Positions 38,676 through 48,977 of a stretch of DNA of 64,000 bases are shown here, in pieces. The number at the start of each line of letters is the position of its first letter. Positions within the stretch are counted from its first letter, which is position 1. The stretch is from Desulfamplus magnetovallimortis. Its GTDB lineage: Bacteria > Desulfobacterota > Desulfobacteria > Desulfobacterales > Desulfobacteraceae. A model generated the notes under the pieces. It made no database searches. It saw nothing but the letters and a program-made list of their open reading frames with translations, and was not told where the DNA came from. Position numbers and translations under genes: made by a program. Location: NCBI RefSeq assembly GCF_900170035.1, contig NZ_LT828551.1, forward strand, positions 104,163-168,162. Direction: 5' to 3'.

Positions 38676-40102
38676 CAGGACAACTCCTTTTTAAGCTGCT
38701 GAAGCAGTTGATCTCCTTTGGCAAAGGACTTATGGAGTAAATCAAGTAATTCCGCACTGCTGTATTGCTTTTCTTCTTCGGGTTGATGGGGATTTTTAAT
38801 ATCAAGGTTGTACCCGTTTTCCTTGATGGTTTTAATATCAACCCGCCAAGCCAGTTCGCTTTCCTCTCGTTCATTCCACCACTCTTTAAGCCCATCAAAC
38901 TCGGCAGACTGGATGGGCTTGGTCTTGGAATAAGCCTTGTAGCCCTCTGGCAATTTATGTTGCCAATACCAAACATTTCTCGTTGGTTCGCCCTTGGTGA
39001 AGAACAAAAGATTGGTTGCCACCGATGCGTAGGGCTGAAACACTGAGTTTGGCAGCCGGATAATGGTGTGGAGGTTGCAGTCTTCCAGCAGTTTTTGGCG
39101 GATACGCTGCTTTACGCCATCACCGGTCAGGGAACCATCGGGCAATACAATGGCTGCTCTTCCGCCCTCTTTTAGCAGATGGATCATCAAGATTAAAAAC
39201 AGGTCTGCCGATTCCTTGGTGCGGTAGGTCTGGGGAAAATTGTTTTCGTTGTTATTGGAAACAACGCCACCGAAAGGCGGATTGGTAAGTATAACATCAA
39301 CCCGGTCTTTCTGGCGGTATTCGGTCAGGGGGGTTGCCAGCGAATCGCCATATTTGATATTGGGCAGATTGATATCATGGAGGATCAGATTGGTATTACC
39401 GAGTAAATAAGGTAGTGGTTTGTACTCCCAGCCCATGACATTGCTCTGGATAGCATCCCGTTCTGCCACGGATGAAGCTTTGGCCTTGAGATGTTCCAGT
39501 GCGGCGGTGAGAAAACCGCCCGTGCCACAGGCAGGATCAAGCACCTTTTCACCTGCTTTAGGGTCGGTTAGTTCGGTGAGCAGTTCGGTAATGGCACGGG
39601 GAGTGTAAAACTCACCCAATGTACCGGCACTTTGCAGTTCACCTAAAAAGGTCTCATAAATCTGGCCGAAGACCTGCTTGTCTTTGGAGTTGTTGAAGTC
39701 AATTTCGTTGAGTTTATTAATGACCTGCCGCAGGTGAATACCTGATTTCATGTAATTGTAGTTACCTGCAAAAACTTCACGTACCAGTACAGCACGTTTG
39801 TTGCCGGTGGAAAGATCGACATTTGATAGAGTTGGGAAAAGTTTTTGATCGACAAAGGCCAGTAATTCGTCACCGGTCATGCCTTCGTCATCTCCGGCCC
39901 ATTCATCCCAGTGCAGTTCAGCGGGGATGGGGGAAATATAGTCGTCCTGCAACAACTCCAATTCTTTGTCTTTGTCGCTGAATATTTTTAAAAAAAGCAT
40001 CCAGCCCAATTGCAGGATACGCAGTTCATCACTGCCGGTTCCTGTGTCCTGGCGCATGATGTTTCTTGCTGATTTTACAATACCGCTGATCATAATTACC
40101 AA
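38675..40102 (-). CDS. hsdM: Type I restriction-modification N6-adenine DNA methyltransferase subunit HsdM
   Basis: LDPACGTGGFL motif I; NPPFGG motif IV. Confidence 0.9.
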   Translation of the reverse strand: MVIMISGIVKSARNIMRQDTGTGSDELRILQLGWMLFLKIFSDKDKELELLQDDYISPIPAELHWDEWAGDDEGMTGDELLAFVDQKLFPTLSNVDLSTGNKRAVLVREVFAGNYNYMKSGIHLRQVINKLNEIDFNNSKDKQVFGQIYETFLGELQSAGTLGEFYTPRAITELLTELTDPKAGEKVLDPACGTGGFLTAALEHLKAKASSVAERDAIQSNVMGWEYKPLPYLLGNTNLILHDINLPNIKYGDSLATPLTEYRQKDRVDVILTNPPFGGVVSNNNENNFPQTYRTKESADLFLILMIHLLKEGGRAAIVLPDGSLTGDGVKQRIRQKLLEDCNLHTIIRLPNSVFQPYASVATNLLFFTKGEPTRNVWYWQHKLPEGYKAYSKTKPIQSAEFDGLKEWWNEREESELAWRVDIKTIKENGYNLDIKNPHQPEEEKQYSSAELLDLLHKSFAKGDQLLQQLKKELS

Positions 40103-40109
40103 TTTCCAA

Positions 40110-40475
40110 TTAAGAATTACGAATCTTTTGTTTCATTGTTTTTTGGATGCTCCCGATAATTTTCATTATCTCTTCGCAATCCTTTAGCAATGAATCCTTT
40201 TCATATGATTTAATAAATCCACTGTCCGATAACAATCTTATCCAGTAATGAGTTTCTCTTGATTCTTTGTAGGCAATACTCATTTTTGATAGAAAATCTT
40301 TACTTGATTGTCCGCCAATTGCTTCCTCCACATTTGCTCCGATCGATGTGCCACTTCTTAGAACCTGTTTCCCTAAAACATATTCCTGTTTTTCACCCTT
40401 GAGATAGCGATAAAGCTTCACTATTCGCAAAGCAAACGCATAACTCTTTTCTTGAATAATATTATCACGTTTCAT
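40110..40475 (-). CDS. Four-helix-bundle protein (23S rRNA intervening-sequence protein family), commonly inserted in type I R-M operons
   Basis: Family sequence ...SIGANVEEA.G..S..DF..K..IA.KE..ET.YW. Confidence 0.75.
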   Translation of the reverse strand: MKRDNIIQEKSYAFALRIVKLYRYLKGEKQEYVLGKQVLRSGTSIGANVEEAIGGQSSKDFLSKMSIAYKESRETHYWIRLLSDSGFIKSYEKDSLLKDCEEIMKIIGSIQKTMKQKIRNS

Positions 40476-40567
40476 TCGTAATTTCTAATTCCTAACTCGC
40501 AATTGAATAATATTATCACGTTTCATTCGTAATTTCTAATTCCTAACTCGCAATTGAATAAATTTCC
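40452..40567. repeat. 51-bp tandem duplication (2.3 copies) spanning the start codon and 5' leader of the four-helix-bundle gene
   Basis: ttgaataatattatcacgtttcattcgtaatttctaattcctaactcgcaa occurs twice in tandem, then a partial third copy. Confidence 0.9.
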
Positions 40568-42932
40568 GCTTCCAGTTCTGTGATTGCCTGCAAATACTTC
40601 TTTTTACCACCGAAAAGGCTGATAATCTCAAGGGGAGAGCCGAACTGATCCAGTGGGTTCACTTGCAGAATTTTCATATCTTCAATGTTTTCAATGCCTT
40701 CATCCGCGTATTTTTCCAGCAGAGCTTCCAGCACTTTGCGGGTTTGTTCTCCATATTTGGTAAAGTAATCCCGTTTTTTGACATTGTTCGCCCGTTCCGC
40801 TCTGGTCAGTGGTGGTTGGTCAAATGCTGTATGACAGATGAGGTCAAAAATATCCATTTCCTTGTTAATGGCTTCCTTAAGATTTTCAAAAATAATACCC
40901 TGTTCTGTCAGTTCTTCGATGATAGCCTGTTTTTTGTCGGTTTGATTCCATTTATTAAGGAAGTTAGACAGGGTGCGGTATTGCTCACGCACTTTTTCTC
41001 TGGTGTAATCCTTGAGGCTGCCGGTAATCAGTTTGCCGTTGTTATCCATATACTGGATACGCTCATTGAGTACAGTCACGTTGACACCGTTGACATAGTA
41101 TTTTTCTCTCGGCTCGGCAACAATGTCTCCACCTGTGGTGATATCAGGCTCATAAGGAGGTGGATCAAAGATTATTTCCTCGCCGTCTTCATCAATGATC
41201 GGATCAAGTGATTCTGCTTCTTCTTCCGGTGATTCGAATTCATCATCTTCATCAAGTACTTTTACCCTGACTGGATCACCGTCAAAGTCTGGGTCGGCAA
41301 AGAGATCTGTTACATTGCGGAAGTCCATGATGGTGAAGAATGTTTTACCAAATTCTTCATTGATGCGTGTTCCACGGCCAATGATCTGTTTGAACTCCGT
41401 CATGGAGCCTATGTTGCTGTCCAGCACAATAAGTTTACAGGTTTGAGCATCCACGCCTGTGGTCATAAGTTTTGAAGTGGTGGCAACAACCGGGTACCTC
41501 TCCTCTGGGTTGATGAAGTTGTCCAGTTCCATTTTTCCTTCATCATTGTCGCCGGTAATCTGCATGACAAATTTGGGATTTTGTGCCATGAGATCGCTGT
41601 TTTCGTTGGCTATGGCAGCCCTCATTCTCTGGGCGTGATCAATGTCAACGCAGAAGATAATGGTTTTATCAAATCTGTTGGTCTTTTTCAGGAATTCGGT
41701 GACTTTTCTGGCAACTGTTTCGGTTCGTTCATCAATGACCAAATTCTTGTCAAAGTCTTTACGGTTGTATATGCGGTCATCGACAAGCAAACCTTGCTTG
41801 TCGGTCTTGCCCTGTTCTGGTCGCCAGCCTTCCAAATCAACATTCAAGCCTACTCGTACAACTTTATAGGGGGCAAGGAAACCATCTTCTATGCCCTGTT
41901 TTAGTGAGTATGTATAGATTGGGTCGCCAAAATATTCGGTACTGGAAACGGTTTTTGTTTCTTTTGGAGTTGCGGTTAAGCCGATATGGGTTGCCCCCGC
42001 AAAATAATTGAGAATCTCACGCCATGCACTGTCGCTGGCGGCACTGCCACGGTGGCACTCATCAATGACGATGAGGTCGAAGAATTCGGGACTAAATTCA
42101 CGGTAGGCGTCTTTGTCTTCATCGTAGTTGGTTAAACCCTGATACAGGGCCAGATAGATTTCATAGGATTTGTCTATTTTCTTCTTTTTGATAACCGTCA
42201 TTTTATCTTTAAAATGACGAAAATCTCCCCGTTTAGTTTGATCAATCAGGGCGTTTCTATCAGCCAGAAACAATATGCGTTTTTTGTTTTTCCTTTCCAA
42301 AGGCGGTGGATAATTTGGAATGCGGTGTAAGTCTTGCCCGTGCCTGTTGCCATGGTTAGCAATATACGATTTTGTCCCTTGGCAATAGCCTCAACCGTTC
42401 GGTTGATGGCTATTTGCTGGTAGTAGCGTGGGGTTCTGTCTGAACCATCAAAGAAATAATCCTGTGCTGTAATACGTTCCTGTTCTTCTGTTTCAATGCC
42501 TTTATATTTTTTGTAGCGTTGCCAGAGTATTTCCGGCGAAGGGAATTGATCAAGGGTAAGGTCTGTTTCTATATTGCCATCTGTGCAGGTTCGGTCATGT
42601 TCATAAAAGCCGTCACCGTTGCTGCTGTAAACAGAGGGGATATCTAAAATCTCGGCGTAATTGAGCCCCTGCTGGATACCTGCTTTGACTGAGTGTTTAT
42701 TGTCTTTTGCCTCAATTATGGCAATGGGGATATTTGGCTTATAATAAAGGATGTAATCCGCTCTTTTCCTTTTTCCTCTGCTTGTCAGGTTGCCTTTAAC
42801 ATAGATACGACCATCAGTGAAAGTGACTTCTTCTCGAATTTGGGTAAGCGGGTTCCAACCAGCTTTTTCAAGTGCTGGCTGGATATATTTTGTGCAGATG
42901 TCTCTTTCTGATAGGTCTTTTTTAGATGTCAT
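40543..42932 (-). pseudogene. hsdR: Type I restriction enzyme R subunit HsdR, interrupted by a single-base frameshift in a T/A homopolymer run near 42281-42291 (N-terminal part 42246-42932, C-terminal part 40543-42300)
   Basis: N-terminal ORF ends ...TGTGKTYTAFQIIHRLWKGKTKNAYCFWLIETP*, while the next frame reads ...KNKKRILFLADRNALIDQT (Walker A then the conserved helicase continuation); the two frames overlap at ggaaaaacaaaaaacgc. Confidence 0.8.
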
Positions 42933-43077
42933 TTTTTGCTACTCATTTTTATTATTGATGCCTCGATGTTTATTTTGGAAAAGATAACTTTGCAAATAAA
43001 GGCTAAGCTAACCGGCGCAAAAGGGTGGAGGGAGCGATAGCGACCGGAATCCTTTTGCGTCCGAGTTCAGCACCAGG

Positions 43078-43374
43078 TTATATTCTTCTTTTCAGTAAGG
43101 TATAAAAATCTCCTCTTTTAGCAACCATTTGTATAAATACGATTTTATCATCTTCATCAACAATATAAGCTATTCGATATTGTTTCCTTGCATATGTAAA
43201 ATGGTAAGATTGAATACCGTTTAAATCTCCAGTAAGGCTGACTCCAATTTCAGGATTTTGCAATATTTCAGGAATTAAATCTTCCTTGATTTTTTTCCTT
43301 ATCGGAGTATCAATTTTTTTAAGATCCTTCTTTACCTGTGGGTGATATTCATCTTTATACATCGAAAACTTCAT
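43078..43374 (-). CDS. RelE/ParE-family type II toxin
   Basis: ...YRIAYIVDEDDKIVFIQMVAKRGDFY is a RelE-fold C-terminus; small upstream overlapping partner gene. Confidence 0.75.
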   Translation of the reverse strand: MKFSMYKDEYHPQVKKDLKKIDTPIRKKIKEDLIPEILQNPEIGVSLTGDLNGIQSYHFTYARKQYRIAYIVDEDDKIVFIQMVAKRGDFYTLLKRRI

Positions 43375-43612
43375 CCCTTGATAGATATTTAACTTTCTTG
43401 TTTTTGAAGTCTTCTGAACGTTTTACAAGTTCCTTCCCTTCTTCAGATAGAAGTAAAAGTAAAGTTTCCATTTCACCTTCATTCATGCTGTTGATTATAG
43501 TTGCAACCTGCTGAACAGGTATATTTATCATCAGTTGTGGCATATCATTTCCTTTCAAAAATGGTATCAGATTTTTGGACATTGGCGAATACAAATATTT
43601 CATTTCTTGCAT
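43355..43612 (-). CDS. Putative cognate antitoxin of the RelE-family toxin
   Basis: Position, size (85 aa) and overlap with the toxin gene; no confident family assignment. Confidence 0.45.
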   Translation of the reverse strand: MQEMKYLYSPMSKNLIPFLKGNDMPQLMINIPVQQVATIINSMNEGEMETLLLLLSEEGKELVKRSEDFKNKKVKYLSRDEVFDV

Positions 43613-44416
43613 TAAAATTTAACAATAACGCTTTTAATTTATATAACTTGTTCGTATTTATTATATTTGCCTGTTAAATCAAATTGATAAATCTTTAAAT
43701 TGCACGAAATTATCTGTCAGATATAAAAAATATATTGTTGAGCAAGGGCAGTGAAATATCCTGTTTCTAATTTTTTTGTGGTTTAGTCAAAAACGAGGCA
43801 TAATCGCCCAAAACTCTACCAATTCCTCTCCTATTCACAAGTTAAATGGGTTAGTTATAATTAAAATTAATTGCATAATTTACCAATTTCAGCTTACATG
43901 TCGGAATGTAGTATCTGACCACAAAAAAATTAGAATCAGAAAATACGGGCAAAGTATTAATTCGAAGAAAAGATGGGCGCACTTTCGCTTTGATACCAGA
44001 AAATGCAGTGACATCCCCCCTAAATGTTCCATCAATAAAGGCTAAAATCACAACTAAGGAAATAGTTGATATCATTCGTGAAGGAAGGGAAAGGTAGAAC
44101 AATCCAGCACACCGGAACCTTAAAGACTGGCACTTTTTGTCAGGTATCACTTTTAAGGCACTTGCAACGGTTGGTGTGTTACACAGATAGAACTTGTTAA
44201 GGACGATTCCCCTTGGGCAATGAGTTCAGCAAGTTTGACCGGGGAGAAGTCCTCTTTTTCGTGAATCCACGAAAGGCGTTTTTCTCCGATTCCTCTTACC
44301 TCGCATGTAGTTATGTTAATAAACGGGCATGGTTGCGCATCAATCATTCCCAAAAATAAAAATGATAGTCATTGTGATGGGAAAAAGTCTTCATAACAGC
44401 CTATTTTTTTGACCAT

Positions 44417-45112
44417 TCACGCCCATTGATCTCTTTTATCTCTAAGAGTTCTGAAAGTTTCAAGGGAGTCTGCCTGTAAAAAAAGATTAAGCTCCCTTTC
44501 AAGGCCCATTGTGGTATTAAAGCATGTGGTATCTTCAATGCTGTCAATGAGTTCCCCTGCTTTGACAACACCATTTGCCATGGAGAAACCAAGATTTGTT
44601 GCCATATAGTCATGACCTGGATATAGAATGGCCTCATCAGGTAAAATAGAATTTATTTTTGTCACTGTTTCATACAGGATATCCACGTTACCGCCACTTT
44701 TGCAGTTACCAACGCCACAGTTGAAAAGAACATCTCCACTGATAAAGCCAACAATTTCACTACCTTCCTTTAAAAGAATCACGAGATGATCCATGGTATG
44801 ACCATTGGCATCCATGAATTCCATGGAAGCGCCATCACCAAGGTCAATACTGCCCTTTTCCAGCAAACTCTCCTTTGAAAAGATTTCTGCGCCTGTCAAC
44901 TTTGCAAGGCTATCATTTCCACGGGTATGATCAAAATGAAGATGGGTATTGATGATACCTTCAAGGGTAAGACCGCGATTTGAGATAACCTTGAAAATTG
45001 AGGAACCATCCCATGGATCAACACAAAATGCCCTGTTTTCTGCTCCAACAATAAGGTAACTGTAATTTGCCATACTATCCTGAGACAAAAGTCCAACAAT
45101 ATCCATTATCAA
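44417..45112 (-). CDS. MBL-fold metallo-hydrolase (glyoxalase II-like)
   Basis: THLHFDHTRGN metal-binding motif. Confidence 0.85.
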   Translation of the reverse strand: MIMDIVGLLSQDSMANYSYLIVGAENRAFCVDPWDGSSIFKVISNRGLTLEGIINTHLHFDHTRGNDSLAKLTGAEIFSKESLLEKGSIDLGDGASMEFMDANGHTMDHLVILLKEGSEIVGFISGDVLFNCGVGNCKSGGNVDILYETVTKINSILPDEAILYPGHDYMATNLGFSMANGVVKAGELIDSIEDTTCFNTTMGLERELNLFLQADSLETFRTLRDKRDQWA

Positions 45113-45147
45113 TCTCCTTACTCAAAGTCTATGCCTGTAATTTTTTA

Positions 45148-45385
45148 AGCATTGTCAATACTGTCTGAATCAAGATGTCCAGGATTAACAGGATAATGCA
45201 GGATTATTAATCTTGAACATCATTTTTATCTTGGTTATCTTGGTTATCTTGGTTATCTTGGTTATCTTGGTTATCTTGATTATCTTGATTATCTTGATTA
45301 TCTTGATTATCTTGGTTATCCTGATTATCCTGATTATCCTGATTATCCTGATACTGACTGATTCAAACAGATTCAGACAGATACG
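45148..45385. repeat. MITE-like element variant carrying a 9-bp microsatellite (atcttggtt/atcttgatt/atcctgatt, about 14 copies at 45228-45352)
   Basis: The 5' part attgtcaatactgtctgaatcaagat...gattaacaggataatgcaggat matches 5048-5110; microsatellite read directly. Confidence 0.65.
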
Positions 45386-45425
45386 GTAACTGCAAAAAAA
45401 GCAATAAGATGCCGATTTTGAATCC

Positions 45426-46106
45426 TTAATAAATCCATCTTCCTGACAGACCTTTTTTTTTCACTGATGAGTTAAGCTGCAAAAGAAACTCCTGTCGCGG
45501 AATCTCCTCAGCTCCCATTGAAACAAGATGCGGTGTTGTAACCTGACAGTCAATGAGATCAAATTTATATTTTTGAAGATGGAAACAAAGTGCTGCAAGG
45601 GCAATCTTGGATGCATCACTTTCACGGGAAAACATGGATTCACCAAAAAAAATCCTGCCAATGGATACACCATAAAGGCCACCTACAAGTCTGCCTTTCT
45701 GCCAGGTTTCAACCGAATGGGCATCGCCTCTGTTATAAAGGTCAACATAGGCTTCAATCATACCATCCACAAGCCAGGTATCAATGCCTGCTTCAATCCT
45801 TGATGTAGCACACTCCCGAATCACATCCTCAAAAGCAGTGTCCATTGTAACTGAGAAGGTACCTTTTTTGATTTTTTTTCCAAGACTTCTTGATATTCTG
45901 ATATTTGAGGGAAAAAGTACAAGGCGGGGATCAGGTGACCACCACAGGATTGGCTCTCCCTTAGAAAACCATGGAAAGATGCCGCTCTTGTAGGCTTTAA
46001 TAAGGCGATGATATGAAAGATCTCCTCCCACACAAAGCAGACCGTCATGTCGTGCAAAATCGGCAGGAGGAAAAATAAATTCATCTGAGAGCATGAAAAC
46101 CGGCAT
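45426..46106 (-). CDS. aat: Leucyl/phenylalanyl-tRNA--protein transferase
   Basis: GGDLS...L..AY..GIFPWF..G.PILWWSPDPR is the Aat signature; start placed at MPVFML by alignment to the E. coli Aat N-terminus. Confidence 0.85.
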   Translation of the reverse strand: MPVFMLSDEFIFPPADFARHDGLLCVGGDLSYHRLIKAYKSGIFPWFSKGEPILWWSPDPRLVLFPSNIRISRSLGKKIKKGTFSVTMDTAFEDVIRECATSRIEAGIDTWLVDGMIEAYVDLYNRGDAHSVETWQKGRLVGGLYGVSIGRIFFGESMFSRESDASKIALAALCFHLQKYKFDLIDCQVTTPHLVSMGAEEIPRQEFLLQLNSSVKKKGLSGRWIY

Positions 46107-46208
46107 ATTCAATAAAGTGGTGTCATAAAAAATGCTGATCAACTAATCACCAATCAGGTTATGAACAAAAGTTGACCAACATTTTAGTGACACTTATTTC
46201 AAAAAAAA

Positions 46209-48488
46209 CTATTTATAGTTAAAGGTCAGTTCGCCATCCCTTATACCTATGGAAACCTCTCCGCCTTTGTCAAGGGCTCCAAAAAGAATCTGGTCTGTCA
46301 GAACATCCTTGATATTTGTCTGTATTACACGATCAAGAGGACGTGCTCCAAATTTTGGATCAAATCCTTTTTCCGCAAGCCAGGAGCGAACTTTAGGAGT
46401 ATATTTTAAGGAGACATTTTTGTTGGCAAGAAGCTCTTTCAACTCCTTCATGCCCTTGTCAACAATAAGCTCCATTGTTTCATGGGACAGAGGGTTAAAC
46501 TGTACAATGGAATCAAGACGGTTTCTGAACTCAGGACTGAATGTCTTCTCAACAGCCTTCATACCTTTTGATGTAACATCTTTTAATTGATCACCAAACC
46601 CTATCTTGTTGGATGTCATCTCCCTTGCACCGGCATTGGATGTCATAATGATAACAACATTTCTAAAATCTGCTGACTTGCCGTTGTTATCAGTCAATGT
46701 GGCATAATCCATCACCTGAAGCAGAATATTGAAAAGATCCAGATGCGCTTTTTCTATCTCATCCAAAAGAAGAACGCAGTGGGGATTTTTGCGGATGTTG
46801 TCAGTTAAAATACCACCCTGTTCAAATCCAATGTAACCAGGAGGTGCACCTATGAGGCGGGAAACTGAGTGTTTTTCCATATATTCACTCATGTCAAAGC
46901 GAAGGAACTTAACGCCCATGTTGGATGCAAGCTGCTTGGCAACCTCGGTCTTGCCAACCCCAGTAGGGCCTGTGAACAGAAAGGAGCCAATTGGACGCCC
47001 CGGCGCTGAGAGGCCGGCCCTTGAACGCTTAATGGAAGTACACAAAAGCGAAAGGGCATTATCCTGGCCAAATATCACCTGGGAAAGCTTCTTTTCAAGG
47101 TTCTCAAGATTTGATCTATCCGTTGAAGTGACACTTGTAGGTGGAATCTTGGCCATTTTTGCAACTGTCTTTTCAATGTCTCCTGCAAGGACATTCTTTC
47201 GTCTGGCATTTCCTGAAAGACGTATCAGAGAACCTGTCTCATCAATTACATCAATTGCCTTGTCAGGGAGAAAACGGTCATTTATGTGCTTGGCTGAAAG
47301 CTTTGCCGCAGACTCAAGAGCCTCATCCGTATAATTGAGTTGGTGATGCTCCTCATAGCAGTGCTTAAGCCCTTTAAGTATCTCTATTGTCTCATCAACA
47401 GAAGGCTCTGGCACCTCAATTTTTTCAAACCGCCTTGAAAGTGCCCTGTCCTTTTCAAAATAGTTTTTAAACTCTTCATACGTTGTGGAGCCAACGCAGC
47501 GGATGGTACCGGTTGAAAGTGCGGGTTTCAGTATATTGGATGCATCAAGTGAACCGCTGCTTGTGGCTCCTGCTCCTACAACAGTATGTATCTCGTCAAT
47601 AAAAAGCAGGGCATTCTCCTTGGACTCAAGAGCATCAATAACATCTTTTAAACGCTGCTCAAAATCCCCTCGGTATTTTGTACCGGCAAGGAGTGCTCCC
47701 ATATCAAGTGAGTACATTTCCGATGATGCAAGGAATTCAGGAACCTCTCCTTTAAATGCCTTAAGGGCTATCCCTTCTGCAATGGCTGTTTTTCCAACAC
47801 CTGGGTCACCCACAAAAACAGGGTTATTCTTTCTTCTGCGGCACAGCACCTGCATTGCTCTGTCTGTTTCATTTTCACGGCCTATAAGTGGATCAATTCT
47901 GCCTTTTTCAGCCTTTTCAAGCAGATTTGTGGTGAACATTGCTAAGGGATCAGATTGGGGTTGAGGCTGCTGCTCTCCCTTTCCGCTGCTATCACCCTGC
48001 CCTGGACTCTTCTTGCCCTGCTGCCGGCTCTTTGCAGTCCCCCTTGCTCTGGTTGAATTTGCCGGTGCGTGGTGGGAGATGTAGTTCAGGATATCTACCC
48101 TTGTAACTCCGTCTGATTCAAGGTAATAGGCTGCATGGGAATCCTTTTCCTGAAAAATGGATGCAAGGATATCTCCAAGATTGATCTCTGTTTTTTCAGC
48201 GGATCGTGCATGGTTAATGGCCCGCTGGATTGTTCGCTGAAACCCTATGGTCTGCTGAAGAACATAATCCTGCCCCTCCTCAATACTCTCCATTTTATCC
48301 TTGAAAAAAAGATCAAGGTTTGCCTTGATGGTGTCGGGGTTACCGCCACAGTTTTTCACAGTGGCATATCCTTCAGCATTGCTGAGTATCGCGTATAGAA
48401 CATGCTCCACGCAGACATACTCATGCCGCCTTCTTTTGGCTTCTCTAACAGCAACACCAAGTGTTATGCTCAGTTCTTTGCTTATCAT
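46209..48488 (-). CDS. clpA: ATP-dependent Clp protease ATP-binding subunit ClpA
   Basis: N-domain plus two AAA+ modules (GDPGVGKTAIAEG; FLFTGPTGVGKTEVAKQLA) without the ClpB middle domain. Confidence 0.9.
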   Translation of the reverse strand: MISKELSITLGVAVREAKRRRHEYVCVEHVLYAILSNAEGYATVKNCGGNPDTIKANLDLFFKDKMESIEEGQDYVLQQTIGFQRTIQRAINHARSAEKTEINLGDILASIFQEKDSHAAYYLESDGVTRVDILNYISHHAPANSTRARGTAKSRQQGKKSPGQGDSSGKGEQQPQPQSDPLAMFTTNLLEKAEKGRIDPLIGRENETDRAMQVLCRRRKNNPVFVGDPGVGKTAIAEGIALKAFKGEVPEFLASSEMYSLDMGALLAGTKYRGDFEQRLKDVIDALESKENALLFIDEIHTVVGAGATSSGSLDASNILKPALSTGTIRCVGSTTYEEFKNYFEKDRALSRRFEKIEVPEPSVDETIEILKGLKHCYEEHHQLNYTDEALESAAKLSAKHINDRFLPDKAIDVIDETGSLIRLSGNARRKNVLAGDIEKTVAKMAKIPPTSVTSTDRSNLENLEKKLSQVIFGQDNALSLLCTSIKRSRAGLSAPGRPIGSFLFTGPTGVGKTEVAKQLASNMGVKFLRFDMSEYMEKHSVSRLIGAPPGYIGFEQGGILTDNIRKNPHCVLLLDEIEKAHLDLFNILLQVMDYATLTDNNGKSADFRNVVIIMTSNAGAREMTSNKIGFGDQLKDVTSKGMKAVEKTFSPEFRNRLDSIVQFNPLSHETMELIVDKGMKELKELLANKNVSLKYTPKVRSWLAEKGFDPKFGARPLDRVIQTNIKDVLTDQILFGALDKGGEVSIGIRDGELTFNYK

Positions 48489-48490
48489 GG

Positions 48491-48805
48491 CTACTCCTTC
48501 TCCATTATACTTTTCAGGGGGAACTCCCTCTCCCTTGCAAGGACGTGCACTGTATGAACCTTGGTCTCTGCAACGTCACGTGTATAGATACCACATACGC
48601 CCCTTCCCTGTTCATGTACATTAAGCATGATCCGTGTGGCGTCTTCCAATGATTTTCCAAAAACAGCCATGAGAATTTCAACAACAAAATCCATGGTAGT
48701 GTAGTCATCATTCAGCAGTATCACCTTATACATAGGGGGGAAACCCCGCTTAAAATCCGTATCAGATGATGTTCTTTTTTTGGTTTCCGGATCAAGTGTC
48801 GTCAT
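48491..48805 (-). CDS. clpS: Clp protease adaptor ClpS
   Basis: [20 protein letters not shown]...HEQGRGVCG; immediately upstream of clpA. Confidence 0.9.
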   Translation of the reverse strand: MTTLDPETKKRTSSDTDFKRGFPPMYKVILLNDDYTTMDFVVEILMAVFGKSLEDATRIMLNVHEQGRGVCGIYTRDVAETKVHTVHVLAREREFPLKSIMEKE

Positions 48806-48977
48806 TTGTGTTAATGATTCCTCGGTATTTAAGGGGCAAACACTCCCCTACTTTTATACTATAGCTTTCCAGAAAAATATTATTTTTTTTGGTAATAAAA
48901 TTAATACAGATAACAGATAGTTAGACTTTTCCATTATCAATTTAATTATCTGGAATACTATAATCAAAAAAAATTAC

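Noticed and set aside
43613-44416. Short ORFs (43776-44045 +, 43851-44150 -, 44153-44353 -) and a start-less frame encoding ...GKVLIRRKDGRTFALIPENAVTSPLNVPSIKAKITTKEIVDIIREGRER
   Set aside because: None has an RBS or family resemblance, and the frames interrupt each other. It looks like decayed remnant sequence (possibly of an AbrB/MazE-like antitoxin) at the island edge rather than functional genes.
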